Part shown: piece after piece, positions 38,161-48,403 of the stretch
Layout of the letters: each line of letters begins with the position of its first letter
Position numbering within the stretch: position 1 is the stretch's first letter
Assembly (NCBI GenBank): GCA_034521595.1
Contig: JAXHMG010000002.1
Coordinates: 96,001 to 160,000, forward strand
Source of the DNA: Gemmatimonadota bacterium
Lineage (GTDB): Bacteria; Gemmatimonadota; Gemmatimonadetes; Longimicrobiales; Gaopeijiaceae
DNA: 64,000 bases
Direction of reading: 5' to 3'
Made by a program: the position numbers and the translations under genes
The notes under the pieces: generated by a model
Seen by the model: the letters and a program-made list of their open reading frames with translations, nothing else
Told to the model about the DNA's origin: nothing
Database searches by the model: none

Positions 38161-40119
38161 ATGGATCTCCATCCGCTCTGGCTCCAGGAGCACAGCGCAT
38201 CGTCGCTCGGGCGCCTCATGCCCCGCATCGAAGCCCGCTTCGCCGGCGAGGCCGACCCCGCCGAATGGGAGGCGTACGTCGAGCGGCTCCGGCGGCACTT
38301 TCCACGTCTCTTCGCCCAGCTCCACGCCCTCTACGGCCACCACTACGACTTTTTCTACCACCTCGAGAGCATCCTCACTTCCGCGACGGAGATGTGGCTC
38401 GCGCGGCCGGGGGAGTTGAAGGCGCTCGACGGGGTGCGGACCGCCGATCCGCACTGGTACCAGTCGAACCAGATGGTCGGCGCCTCCTGCTATGTCGACC
38501 GGTTCGCCGGGGATCTGGACGGCCTCCGAGAGCGGGTCCCGTACCTCTCCGAGCTCGGGGTCACGTGCCTCCACCTCATGCCGCTGTTCGAGGGGCCGGA
38601 AGGCGACGACGACGGGGGTTACGCGGTGAGCAGCTACCGACGGGTGGACCCGGAGCTCGGGACCATGGAGGAGCTGAGCGAGCTCGCGACCGAGCTCCGG
38701 CACCGCGGCATCTCCCTCGTCCTGGATTTCGTGTTCAACCACACGTCCGACGAGCACGAGTGGGCCCAGCGCGCCCTGGCCGGCGAGCCGGAGTACCGGG
38801 CGTTCTACCGCATGTACCCGGACCGCGAGATGCCGAACGCCTTCGAGCAGAGCATGCCGGAGGTCTTCACCGACGACCATCCGGGCGCGTTCACGTACCG
38901 CTCGGAGATCCGGAGGTGGGTGTGGACGACGTTCCATACGTACCAGTGGGACCTCAACTACGAGAACCCGGTCGTCTTCAACCGGATGCTCGAGGAGATG
39001 CTCTTCCTGGCCAATCAGGGCGTCGAAGTCCTCCGGCTCGACGCCGTGGCCTTCCTCTGGAAGCGGCTCGGCACGAACAGCCAGAATCTTCCCGAAGCCC
39101 ACCGCATCATTCGGGCGTTCAACGCGGTCGTCGCCATGGCCGCCCCCGCCACCGTGCTCCTCTCCGAAGCGATCGTCCACCCCGACGAAGTGCGGAAATA
39201 CGTGAGCGTCGAGGAGTGCCCCCTCTCATACAACCCCCAGCTCATGGCCCTCCTCTGGGAGGCCATGGCCACCCGCGACGTCCGCGTGCTGAGAACGTCC
39301 ATGGAGCGTCGGCTCGCCCTTCCCGAAGGGTGTAGCTGGATCAACTACGTGCGCTGCCACGATGATATCGGGTGGGCCTTCGCCGACGAAGAAGTCCGTG
39401 AATGCGGGTTCGATCCGGCCGCGCACAGGAAGTTTCTGACGGCGTTCTACACGGGTGCGTTCGACGGCAGCTTCGCGCGGGGAGAGCCCTTCCAGCCCGA
39501 TCCGGTCACCGGCCTCGCGCGGGTGTCCGGGACGGCGGCATCACTCGGCGGCGTCGAAGCGGCGCTCGAGGAGGAGGACGACGAGGAGCTCGAGCTCGCG
39601 ATCCGGCGGGTGCTGCTCCTGCACGGCATCGCGATCACCGTCGGGGGCATCCCCTTGATCTACCTCGGTGACGAAGTCGCCGCGCTCAACGACTACGGCT
39701 ACCACGACGATCCGGAGATGGCGGGGGACACGCGGTGGCTTCACCGGGCCGTGTTCGATCCCGAGCGAGCCGAGCTCCGCCATGACCCCGAGTCCGTCCC
39801 CGGACGGGTGTACCACGGGCTCTTGCGGCTGCTCCATCTGCGAAAGAGCAACCTGGCCTTCGGCGAGGCGACCACGGAGATCACGGACATGGGCAATCCG
39901 CACGTGTTCGGGTTCATCCGGAGCCGGGGCGACCGGATGGCTTTCGTGATCGCGAACTTCACCGAGCGTGCACAGTCGGTGGAAGCACGTCGCCTCCGTC
40001 AGATGGGGCTACGCAAGACCGCCGTGGACCTCTACGCGGGACGGACCGTGACGGCCACGCGCGAGCTGCGCCTCGAGCCGTATCAGCTCATGGTCCTCAG
40101 TCGGGGCCGCGCGGGCTGA
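38161..40119 (+). CDS. GH13 amylosucrase-like glycosyl hydrolase
   Basis: DGGYAVS, DFVFNHTS, QWDLNY, RLDAVAF, EAIVHP, RCHDDIGW. Confidence 0.9.
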   Translation: MDLHPLWLQEHSASSLGRLMPRIEARFAGEADPAEWEAYVERLRRHFPRLFAQLHALYGHHYDFFYHLESILTSATEMWLARPGELKALDGVRTADPHWYQSNQMVGASCYVDRFAGDLDGLRERVPYLSELGVTCLHLMPLFEGPEGDDDGGYAVSSYRRVDPELGTMEELSELATELRHRGISLVLDFVFNHTSDEHEWAQRALAGEPEYRAFYRMYPDREMPNAFEQSMPEVFTDDHPGAFTYRSEIRRWVWTTFHTYQWDLNYENPVVFNRMLEEMLFLANQGVEVLRLDAVAFLWKRLGTNSQNLPEAHRIIRAFNAVVAMAAPATVLLSEAIVHPDEVRKYVSVEECPLSYNPQLMALLWEAMATRDVRVLRTSMERRLALPEGCSWINYVRCHDDIGWAFADEEVRECGFDPAAHRKFLTAFYTGAFDGSFARGEPFQPDPVTGLARVSGTAASLGGVEAALEEEDDEELELAIRRVLLLHGIAITVGGIPLIYLGDEVAALNDYGYHDDPEMAGDTRWLHRAVFDPERAELRHDPESVPGRVYHGLLRLLHLRKSNLAFGEATTEITDMGNPHVFGFIRSRGDRMAFVIANFTERAQSVEARRLRQMGLRKTAVDLYAGRTVTATRELRLEPYQLMVLSRGRAG

Positions 40120-41086
40120 CGTCGTCCGGGGCCTTCGGCGGGTCGTGCTCCGACGGCGGTGCCGCCGTCGTCTCGGAGGACCCGTCGGGAGTGGTGCGTC
40201 CACCGTTCGTCATTCGCACGGGAAAGTCGTCGGTCGCGCTTCCGACGTAGAGTGTCCGGTGCGGGAAGGGGATCTCCACCCCTTCGGCGTCGAAGCGCGC
40301 CTTGATGTCGAGCTGGATGCTCGTCTTCAGGCGCAGAAAGTTCTCCCGGGTCGTCCATACGCCGAACAGGAAGTCGATGGACGAGTCCCCGAACCCCTCG
40401 AAGATGACGATGGGGGGCGGCTCCATGAGACAGGTGGGGTTCTGCTTGGCGACGTCGAGAAGGATGTCCCGCACGCGAGCCGCGTCCTCCTTGTAGGCTA
40501 CACGGATGCGCACGTCCACCCGGCGGATCGGGAACCGGGTGACGTTGATCATCTGGCTCTTCACGAGCGTCTCGTTGGGAATCCGCACCATCCGGTTGTC
40601 CAACGTCCGGAGCTGCACGCTGAGCGTGTCGATCGAGACGACCCTCCCGCGCACGTCCCCTACCTCGATCAGGTCCTCGACCACGAAGGGACGCTCGGCG
40701 ATCAGGAAGAGCCCGCTGATGACGTTGGATACGCTGGTTTGCGACGCGAAGCCCAGGGCGATGCCGAGGACGCCCGCCGCCCCGAGCAGGGGCGCCAAGC
40801 TGAAGCCGAGCTCCCGCATGGTGGAGATCACGACCACGGTGAGGCCACCGTACAGCACGAGCTTGCCGGCCACCAGACCGGCCTGCGCGTGCATCCGGTT
40901 GGTCATCCACGCTCTGGCGGCGCGCGCCGCCAGGAGGACGAGCGGCACCCCGAGCAGGACCATGACCAACGCGCGCAGCGTCGTGCCCACCGGGACCGCT
41001 TCGACGAGGCGCGTCCATAGCGGAATGCCGGATCCTTCGGCTTCTTGGAACGCCAGCACGAGGGGGAGCGCACGCACAGGGCTCAC
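40097..41086 (-). CDS. Small-conductance mechanosensitive channel (MscS family)
   Basis: LGAAGVLGIALGFASQ, RPF, IPN, IPFP; GTG start overlaps the upstream stop. Confidence 0.9.
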   Translation of the reverse strand: MSPVRALPLVLAFQEAEGSGIPLWTRLVEAVPVGTTLRALVMVLLGVPLVLLAARAARAWMTNRMHAQAGLVAGKLVLYGGLTVVVISTMRELGFSLAPLLGAAGVLGIALGFASQTSVSNVISGLFLIAERPFVVEDLIEVGDVRGRVVSIDTLSVQLRTLDNRMVRIPNETLVKSQMINVTRFPIRRVDVRIRVAYKEDAARVRDILLDVAKQNPTCLMEPPPIVIFEGFGDSSIDFLFGVWTTRENFLRLKTSIQLDIKARFDAEGVEIPFPHRTLYVGSATDDFPVRMTNGGRTTPDGSSETTAAPPSEHDPPKAPDDVSPRGPD

Positions 41087-41850
41087 CCTCCGAGCATCGT
41101 GAAGGTGCGGAGCCGGTCGAAGGTGCGCGCCTGCAACCCCCGCCGTATTCCGATCCGGGGCTCGGAGACGGGGACCGCGTCCGGTGCTTCGGCGGGTGGG
41201 CTCCCGCCGAACTCGATCTCGCTTCCCTCCGCGGCGGCCAGATACCGGACGCCGACCTCGTCCGTCCAGATCCTGGAACCGCTCCTGAACAGGGACAGGT
41301 GGAGCGCGCGCACGGCGAACCGGTCGACCGGAAGCGCTTCGTTGGACTCGTTCTCCAGCCGGACCGGACACATGGCCATATGGGGAACGAATAGCTCGTC
41401 CGAAACTTCCGCCCGGGCCTTGGTCGTGAGCCAGTAAGCCAGCTCCCCTTCCTGGATGGTGCCCCACCAGGTATCGGAGAGCACCACGCTGGGCGCATCC
41501 AGCACCAGGAGGTCATCGAGCTCGGCGCTCACCACGACACCTTGGACGAACACAGGAAGACGCACGAACACCCGTGCGTCCCGGCGACCCGGAAGATGGA
41601 AAGGATATTCGTGCGAAACGACGAGGAGTCGGTCGGGCGCCGCCGGCCGGAGGTGGAGGCGAGCGTCCTCCGGAACCGCCCAGCGCTCCCAGTCCGCATC
41701 GGCTTCTTCGTCCCAATCGACGTCCCGTCCCACGCGCAACCGGATCTCGGTGTCCTGACGCCGCACGACGATGCGGAGCGTGCCGATCGTGAGCTCGGTG
41801 GAGTCACCGGGCGCGAGGTCGAGCGTGCCCCAGGGCGGTGAGTGGGTCAT
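41083..41850 (-). CDS. Conserved hypothetical protein (DUF432-like)
   Basis: LSDTWWG..EGELAY motif; translationally coupled to the MscS gene; family assignment tentative. Confidence 0.6.
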   Translation of the reverse strand: MTHSPPWGTLDLAPGDSTELTIGTLRIVVRRQDTEIRLRVGRDVDWDEEADADWERWAVPEDARLHLRPAAPDRLLVVSHEYPFHLPGRRDARVFVRLPVFVQGVVVSAELDDLLVLDAPSVVLSDTWWGTIQEGELAYWLTTKARAEVSDELFVPHMAMCPVRLENESNEALPVDRFAVRALHLSLFRSGSRIWTDEVGVRYLAAAEGSEIEFGGSPPAEAPDAVPVSEPRIGIRRGLQARTFDRLRTFTMLGG

Positions 41851-41902
41851 AATGGACTCTTCGCCATCCGGAGCGACCCCGTCAAGACACCCACCCACAC
41901 GA

Positions 41903-41938
41903 AACGGGCGGGCCGGCTCGTGGCCGGGCCCGCCCGTT
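41903..41938 (-). terminator. Intrinsic terminator after the PPIase gene
   Basis: AACGGGCGGGCC...GGCCCGCCCGTT stem with a short T-run on the minus strand. Confidence 0.65.
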
Positions 41939-41962
41939 CGTGCCGGCTGTCCTCCGATCCAC

Positions 41963-42391
41963 TCAGGCGATCTTGACCAGGAGGAGATCGAAGGTCAGCT
42001 CTTCGCCCGCCAACGGATGGTTGGCGTCGATCTTGATCTCCTCTTCGGTGGTGTCCGCGACGACGACCGGCACGGCCTGGCCGTCCGGGGTCTGCATGCG
42101 GAGCTGCTCACCCGGCTTGGGATCGAGCCCTTCCGGAAGCTGCGTGCGCGGCACGTCCATGACGAGCTCGTCACGACGCGGCCCGTAGGCTTCTTCCACG
42201 GGAACCTCAGCCGTCTTCTGGTCGCCGACGGACATCCCCTGGACGGCTTTCTCGAAGCCGGGGATCACGGCGCCCTCACCGATCGTGATCTCGAGAGGGT
42301 CACGATCCTGAGAACTATCGAACGTGGTTCCGTCCTGGAGGCGTCCGGTATAGTGAACATGAACGGTGTCGCCTTGCTTCGCCTCGGCCAT
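41963..42391 (-). CDS. slyD: FKBP-type peptidyl-prolyl isomerase (SlyD/FkpB-like)
   Basis: VHYTG, FDSS, VIPGFE, AYG, DANHPLAG; lacks the His-rich tail. Confidence 0.9.
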   Translation of the reverse strand: MAEAKQGDTVHVHYTGRLQDGTTFDSSQDRDPLEITIGEGAVIPGFEKAVQGMSVGDQKTAEVPVEEAYGPRRDELVMDVPRTQLPEGLDPKPGEQLRMQTPDGQAVPVVVADTTEEEIKIDANHPLAGEELTFDLLLVKIA

Positions 42392-42546
42392 GGGCGGGGT
42401 CTCCTGTCTCTTCTCTTGAATGCTACTTTAGAATGGCGGTAGGAACAGTACCACCCCGAAGACACTAGAATGTTCACGGGCACTCGGGAAGGGCTCCCTG
42501 CCTCCCACGAACACTCGAGAAAGATTTCCCCGATCCAACAGTCTTC

Positions 42547-44160
42547 ATGAGCACATCCCTCGCCGACGAGATCGCTCGGCGACGCACCTTCGCGATCATC
42601 AGTCACCCGGACGCGGGTAAGACGACGCTCACGGAAAAGCTCCTCCTGTACGGGGGCGCGATCCACAAGGCGGGCTCCGTGAAGAGCCGGCGCGCCTCTC
42701 GGCACGCCACGTCGGACTGGCTCGACATGGAGCAGGAGCGCGGCATCTCCATCACCGCGAGCGTGCTGCACTTCGACTACCAGGGCTTCCGCATCAACCT
42801 GCTCGATACCCCGGGCCACCAGGACTTCTCGGAAGATACGTACCGAGCGCTCATGGCGGCGGACAGCGCGATCATGCTGCTCGACAACCGGAAGGGGGTC
42901 GAGGCACAGACGGAGAAGCTGTTCAGCGTGTGCAAGCGCCGCCGGCTGCCGATCTTCACGTTCGTGAACAAGTGCGACCGCGTAGGAGAAGATCCGCTCG
43001 GCCTCATCGACGACGTCGAAACGGAGCTCGGGATTCGCTGTTTCGTCGCGACCTGGCCGGTCCGCAAGGACGGCCGGCTCATCGGCGTCTACGACCGGTC
43101 CCGAGGGAACGTGCTCCTCTACGCCAAGGAGGCGGACCACGGAGCGTCGATGCCGGAGGCCCACGCGGTCCCGCTGGACGACCCCGAGCTCGAAGCCGAG
43201 CTGGGCGCGGACGGAGTGGCCCGCCTGGAGGAGGAGATCGAGCTGATCGAGGTAGCCGGGGCCCCGATGGATTTCGACGCCGTGGCCACGGGGGAGGCGA
43301 CGCCCGTGTACTTCGGCAGCGCGTTGACCAACTACGGGGTGGACGTGTTCCTGGAACGGTTCCTCGCGTCGGCGCCTCCGCCGCCCGCTCGCGAGAGTGT
43401 CGACGGACCCGTGGACCCGGTCACGCGGCCGTTCTCCGGCTTCGTCTTCAAGGTTCAGGCGAACATGGACCTCCGCCACCGCGACCGAATCGCCTTCGTG
43501 CGCATCTGCTCGGGACGCTTCGAATCAGGCGCGGAGGCACGGGTCGCGCGAACGGACAAGACGCTGCGGCTCGCCCAACCCCAGGAGTTCATGGCACGGG
43601 AGCGCAGCCACGGCGAAGACGCGGTGGCGGGAGACGTAGTGGGACTCCACGACCGGGGCAACCTGAGGGTGGGCGATACCGTCGCGGTCGGAGAGGCGAT
43701 CGAATATCCCGGCGTGCCCCGCTTCTCGCCGGAGCTCTTCGCTCAGGTACGGATGGACGACGCGCTCCGCCGCAAGCACCTCGACCGCGGACTCAAGCAC
43801 TTCGCCGAGGAGGGCACGATCTTGCTCCTGTTCGCTCCCTCGATCACGGGACACGTCCCGATCGTCGGGGCCGTGGGGCAACTCCAGTTCGACGTGCTCG
43901 TCGACCGGCTCGAACGGGAGTACAACGTGAACGTCCGACTCGAGCCGCTCCCGTTCCACTGCGCCCGCTGGGTGGTCGGCCCCGAGCAAACGATCGACAA
44001 GGTCGCGTCGCTCTATGGACGCCGGCAGGTCGAGGACGCCGACGGCAATCCCCTGATCCTGTTCGACACCGAATGGGCGCTCAAGCGCACCATCGAGCAG
44101 GAGAAAGATCTCGTGTTTCACGACGTGCAGCCGCGCCAAAAGAAGAAAGCGGAGGTCTGA
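42547..44160 (+). CDS. prfC: Peptide chain release factor 3
   Basis: RRRTFAIISHPDAGKTT, DTPGHQDFSEDTYR, HRDRIAF, GAVGQLQF. Confidence 0.97.
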   Translation: MSTSLADEIARRRTFAIISHPDAGKTTLTEKLLLYGGAIHKAGSVKSRRASRHATSDWLDMEQERGISITASVLHFDYQGFRINLLDTPGHQDFSEDTYRALMAADSAIMLLDNRKGVEAQTEKLFSVCKRRRLPIFTFVNKCDRVGEDPLGLIDDVETELGIRCFVATWPVRKDGRLIGVYDRSRGNVLLYAKEADHGASMPEAHAVPLDDPELEAELGADGVARLEEEIELIEVAGAPMDFDAVATGEATPVYFGSALTNYGVDVFLERFLASAPPPPARESVDGPVDPVTRPFSGFVFKVQANMDLRHRDRIAFVRICSGRFESGAEARVARTDKTLRLAQPQEFMARERSHGEDAVAGDVVGLHDRGNLRVGDTVAVGEAIEYPGVPRFSPELFAQVRMDDALRRKHLDRGLKHFAEEGTILLLFAPSITGHVPIVGAVGQLQFDVLVDRLEREYNVNVRLEPLPFHCARWVVGPEQTIDKVASLYGRRQVEDADGNPLILFDTEWALKRTIEQEKDLVFHDVQPRQKKKAEV

Positions 44161-44229
44161 GCGGAGGAGTCACGCGCCTTCCGAGCCGCCGTGGTCGAAG
44201 GTGAAGGACGGCTTCACCCCATCGCGCCC

Positions 44230-44745
44230 TCAGGGATCGAACTCGAGGTTGGTCATCGGGGGAGCGGTCGGACGGACGATGCGCAAAGCCTCTCGCTCGG
44301 ACGCGATGTGACAGCTGTTGCAAGCCTGCGTGAGCTGGTCGAACGCGCGGACGAACCCGTCCCGGTCGCTCCCGTCCACCGTCGCCTCGAGCTCCGCCAG
44401 GGCGGGCGCCGTGGTTTCGTCGAGCAGCTCGGCCACGGGAATCTCGTCGTACACGGGATGCAGAGTCTCGATGTCCTCGATCAGCTCCTCGAGCTCGTGA
44501 AGCTGATAGTCGGCGAGCGACCAGTTCTCGGCGTCACCGGCAAACCACAGGGCAGCGTGCCGCTCGCCAACCTCCCCCATCAGCGTGTGGAGTCCAGGGG
44601 TAAACCGCTCCTCGATCGCGGCGAGCCTGGCCTCCACGGCCGCCGTGTCGACCCGGTCGCCCGCCGGTTCGGCGCATGCTCCGACGACGAGCGCGCCCAG
44701 CGCCCAAGCTGCCGTAGACCCGAGCTGCACGGCCCGATGCGTCAT
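44230..44745 (-). CDS. Lipoprotein c-type cytochrome (helical, C-terminal heme motif)
   Basis: Lipobox VGAC; CNSCH near the C-terminus. Confidence 0.7.
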   Translation of the reverse strand: MTHRAVQLGSTAAWALGALVVGACAEPAGDRVDTAAVEARLAAIEERFTPGLHTLMGEVGERHAALWFAGDAENWSLADYQLHELEELIEDIETLHPVYDEIPVAELLDETTAPALAELEATVDGSDRDGFVRAFDQLTQACNSCHIASEREALRIVRPTAPPMTNLEFDP

Positions 44746-44746
44746 G

Positions 44747-46570
44747 TCACCCTCCTACTGCCACGCGGTTGTTCGACGGGTCCGAATCCAACAGCACGAC
44801 GTCGGGATCGACCACGACCGCCTCGGGACGCTGCTCGGTCACGACCTCCACGGTCTGTTCCCGCTCCCGTCCCTCCAGGAGGATCCGCTCCGCCCCCACC
44901 CCCACCGTCACCGGCATCCAGGCTTCACCCCGGCGGGTGACGGTCGCGGTCGTGCGCCATCCGCCAGCGGTTTCTTCAGTCCGCACGTCCGAGACGCCGT
45001 AGTCGAGCGTGGCCGTGGTGTGGAGCCATTGCTCGAAGAACCATTCGAGGTCCCGGCCCGACGCGTCCTCGATCGCCCTCCGGAGATCGTCCTCGACCAC
45101 GTGCTCGAACGCCTTGCGCTCGTAATAGAGCGCGAGCCCCTCCCGCATCGTGTCCGCACCGACCAACTCGCGGAGCATGCGCAGAACGATCGCCGGCTTC
45201 GTGTACGAGAGCAGTCCGTAGACGTCATAGCTCGGCATCTCGTGGCTCGGCGTCGCCACCGGCACGGGAAGCCCGCGCGCCTCCATCTGTCCGACACCGC
45301 GCACCGCGCGAGACCAGGGGTCGATTCCTCCCACTTCCTCCATGAACCAGTTCCCGAGGAAGCTCGCCATGCCCTCGTCCATCCAGGCATCCTTCCACTC
45401 GTTGCTCCCGAAGATCCCCATCGCGTACTGGTGCGCGAACTCGTGCACGATGAGCCCCTGCCCGGGGCTCCCGTCCATGACGAGCATCGGGAACTCGGTC
45501 CCGCCGGACTCCAGGCGGTGGAGGTTCGTGATCTGGGGGTAGGGATACGGTCCGAAGATCGTCTCCAACCATTCCAGCGCCCGGATCGAACGGTTCACCG
45601 CCGCACCGAGGTCCCAGTCCACGTCTCCGGGACGATAGAGAACATGCACCGCCACGTCGCCGTGCCGCCCCGCCTCGTATCGGTACTCGGGGCTGGTGCT
45701 CCACGCGAAGTGGTGGATGTCCTCGCCGTAGAACCGCACGCGCTTGCGTCCTTCGGTGACGGAGGACGACAGGAAGCCGGGCGAGACGGGCTCCCGGGGG
45801 CGCACGTACCATGAGGACTGCTTACGCACGACGTCGACGGGACTCGTGGGCTCGAGCTTCCACCCGGGGTCGCCCTCCAACACCGCGCCGGTCGCGCCGA
45901 CGACCTGGTCTTCGGCGAGATCGAGCGTCACGTCGAAGATTCCATACTCTCCGTAGAACTCACCCTGCGGATGGAGCGGGTGGCCTTGCCACCCGTCCTC
46001 GTCGTACACCGCGATGCGCGGGTACCACTGCGCGAAGTCCCAACTCCGGCCCTCACGGCACTGTCGGCGACACAACGTCGCCGGACGCGCCCGCCACTCG
46101 AACGTGAACGTGCGCATCTCGCCCGGCTCGATCGGCTCCGGAAGGCTGAAGCGAACGACGGTCGAGTCCGGCGCGAACGGGTACTCGGGCGTGAGCGTCT
46201 CGCCCTCCATGCGCATGGAGCGGAGCCGCTCGTATCCGTAATCCGGATCCTCCAGCGACTGGAAGTCGTACTCCTCGCGCTCCTCCACCTCGGCCCAGCG
46301 GCTGTTCGGGCGAAAGGCGTTCAGGTAGAGGTGAAAGTAGACCTCGTCGAGCACGTCCGGCGACCGGTTGTGGTAGACGAGGCTGCCGGCGCCCTCGAGC
46401 CGCTCGGCCGCTTCGTTCAGCGACGCTTCGATCGTGTAGTGCGCCTCCTGCTGCCAGTAGTCGGCGGCTCCCCCGGCCTCCGCTTGCGCCGTCAGGCCGA
46501 CCGGCACCACTCCGAGAAAGGCCAGGACACTCGCGAGCCCGCTGGTCCTCCACCTCGTCGGCCGTCTCAT
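44747..46570 (-). CDS. M1 family aminopeptidase (secreted)
   Basis: GGTEFP, HEFAH...WMDEG, Y.KP motifs; YWQQ N-terminus. Confidence 0.9.
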   Translation of the reverse strand: MRRPTRWRTSGLASVLAFLGVVPVGLTAQAEAGGAADYWQQEAHYTIEASLNEAAERLEGAGSLVYHNRSPDVLDEVYFHLYLNAFRPNSRWAEVEEREEYDFQSLEDPDYGYERLRSMRMEGETLTPEYPFAPDSTVVRFSLPEPIEPGEMRTFTFEWRARPATLCRRQCREGRSWDFAQWYPRIAVYDEDGWQGHPLHPQGEFYGEYGIFDVTLDLAEDQVVGATGAVLEGDPGWKLEPTSPVDVVRKQSSWYVRPREPVSPGFLSSSVTEGRKRVRFYGEDIHHFAWSTSPEYRYEAGRHGDVAVHVLYRPGDVDWDLGAAVNRSIRALEWLETIFGPYPYPQITNLHRLESGGTEFPMLVMDGSPGQGLIVHEFAHQYAMGIFGSNEWKDAWMDEGMASFLGNWFMEEVGGIDPWSRAVRGVGQMEARGLPVPVATPSHEMPSYDVYGLLSYTKPAIVLRMLRELVGADTMREGLALYYERKAFEHVVEDDLRRAIEDASGRDLEWFFEQWLHTTATLDYGVSDVRTEETAGGWRTTATVTRRGEAWMPVTVGVGAERILLEGREREQTVEVVTEQRPEAVVVDPDVVLLDSDPSNNRVAVGG

Positions 46571-47709
46571 TCGCCCGGGGCCCTTCCCATTCCCGTCACG
46601 TTGCGGCCGAGCTCCAGGACCTCGATCGCTTCGAACGATCGCGTGTCGATGACGGTCACATTCCCCACGCCTGCACCGTCTTCACGGCCTCCGGAGCCGG
46701 TCATGCCCTCCATGGACCCTCCCGTCCCGTTGTTCGAGACGAACGCCCGGGTCCCGTCCGGTGAGAAGACGACCTGATGCGGTTGCCGGAAGCTCTCGGC
46801 CGTGATGCGGCGCTCGACCGTCCAATCCGCCGTTCGGACGACCGCGATCTCGTTCTCCCCCTTCACCGGCACCCAGACGCTCGATCCGTCGGGCGTGAAG
46901 ATCGGGTCGAAGGCCATCGGACCGAGTCCGACGGAGGCCACCTGGCGGGGGTGCGCAGGGTCCTCGAGGTCGAAGGCGAGCAACCGACCGGACACCTCGG
47001 TCGAGCCCACGAGCCAACGGCCGTCGGCGGATACCGCGAACTGCACGAGCGCGTGCGGGGGACCGTCGAGGTCGGTGAGCGTCACCTCCTCGGTCTCGAG
47101 GTCGATCGCCGCGATTTGATTCACGCCCAGGCTCCCGGTATACGCCCAGCGCCCGTCGGGTGTGAGCGTCATCGGGTGCGGGCGTGGAAAGAACACGTCG
47201 ATCTCATCGCCGTCCATGGTCCGAGTGTCGATCCACCCCACCCGCGTCGGCGGGTTGGTCGCACTCATCGACCGACTGGCCAGGAGCCGGCCCGTGCCCG
47301 GCTCGAAGCTGAGCATTCCGGGCGTCGACATCTCGAACGTCCCCTGGAGCTCACCGCCCCGGTCGAAGCGAGCTACAAGGTCCTCGCCGATGAGCGACAC
47401 GTACCAGCGCTCACCGCCCGGCTCGACCGCGACGTGATGGGGCTTGGCATTGGAGGAGAAGCCGAGCGTGGTCAGATCGATCGTCCGCGCGACCTCCAGG
47501 CCGTCCATGTCGATCACCGCGATGCGTGCATCGTCCTGCACGCAGGCGTACAGATACTCGGGCGCAGCCTCGTCGCCGGTGTTGCCCGGGCTCACGGCTT
47601 GGGCGTCGGAGGAAGTGGCGGGCGCCGCGCACGCCAGCAGGGGAAGCAGCGCCAGCGCCTCGAAGAACGAGCGCCGGCGGGGAGAACGTACCGTCACGGT
47701 TCTGGTCAT
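46567..47709 (-). CDS. YncE/YVTN-like beta-propeller lipoprotein
   Basis: Lipobox LLAC; repeated PH..(T/S)PDG..YV blades. Confidence 0.8.
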   Translation of the reverse strand: MTRTVTVRSPRRRSFFEALALLPLLACAAPATSSDAQAVSPGNTGDEAAPEYLYACVQDDARIAVIDMDGLEVARTIDLTTLGFSSNAKPHHVAVEPGGERWYVSLIGEDLVARFDRGGELQGTFEMSTPGMLSFEPGTGRLLASRSMSATNPPTRVGWIDTRTMDGDEIDVFFPRPHPMTLTPDGRWAYTGSLGVNQIAAIDLETEEVTLTDLDGPPHALVQFAVSADGRWLVGSTEVSGRLLAFDLEDPAHPRQVASVGLGPMAFDPIFTPDGSSVWVPVKGENEIAVVRTADWTVERRITAESFRQPHQVVFSPDGTRAFVSNNGTGGSMEGMTGSGGREDGAGVGNVTVIDTRSFEAIEVLELGRNVTGMGRAPGE

Positions 47710-47740
47710 GAGTTCCTGTCCGGATCGGGTTGCTGGAGGA

Positions 47741-48202
47741 CTACGCGCTGGCCCCTGCAGCGGCCGAGCCGTCCGACTCGACCTGCTCGCGGATCTGGCG
47801 CTTCAGCCGGTTCAAAATCGCGCTCATTCCCCGTAGCCGCAGGGGAGACACCACCTCACCCAGCCCCATTTCGGAGTAGAAGTCCGACGGGACCTCGAGC
47901 ACCTCCTGCCACCCGGCTCCTTCCAAACCTTCCCTGAGGATGCCCGCGAAGCCACGCACGGTCGGACTCTCCGCGGGCGCATCGAAGAAGAGGTGAACCG
48001 CTCCGTCGTCGTCGACCCGCGTGGCGAGGAAAAAGGGCGTCTGGCATTCGTGCACCTGTTCGAGCGACGAACGGTCATCGGCGAACTCGGCCGGAAGCTC
48101 CGGCACCTTGTTCGCGAACTGCAGGAGTGCCTGGACCCTCAGGTCCTTGGGCGCGCTTCCGAACCGATCCACGATCTTGGACAATGCGGGTGGGATGCTC
48201 AT
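47741..48202 (-). CDS. sufE: SufE family sulfur-acceptor protein
   Basis: VHECQTP, ESPTVRGFA, SPLRLRG. Confidence 0.9.
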   Translation of the reverse strand: MSIPPALSKIVDRFGSAPKDLRVQALLQFANKVPELPAEFADDRSSLEQVHECQTPFFLATRVDDDGAVHLFFDAPAESPTVRGFAGILREGLEGAGWQEVLEVPSDFYSEMGLGEVVSPLRLRGMSAILNRLKRQIREQVESDGSAAAGASA

Positions 48203-48403
48203 GTGTCCGGGCTACCGCACGAACGGCTCCGGGTTCCGTCGCGGGCACCGTAGCGGACCGAGCTCCGGAAACGTCGTCCGGGTGAACTCGCGACTCGGAT
48301 CGGGGTTACGTTCATGCTCGGGCACGGACCGGACCGGGTGCCCCGCACCCACGCGTGCCGCACGAAAGAGGAACGACAATGCGACTGCCCACCTGGAGGA
48401 CCC

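Noticed and set aside
39811-39822. TACCACGGGCTC resembling the MITE-end motif
   Set aside because: It lies inside the GH13 coding sequence (YHGL), is short, and lacks the G-CTAG end; likely chance.
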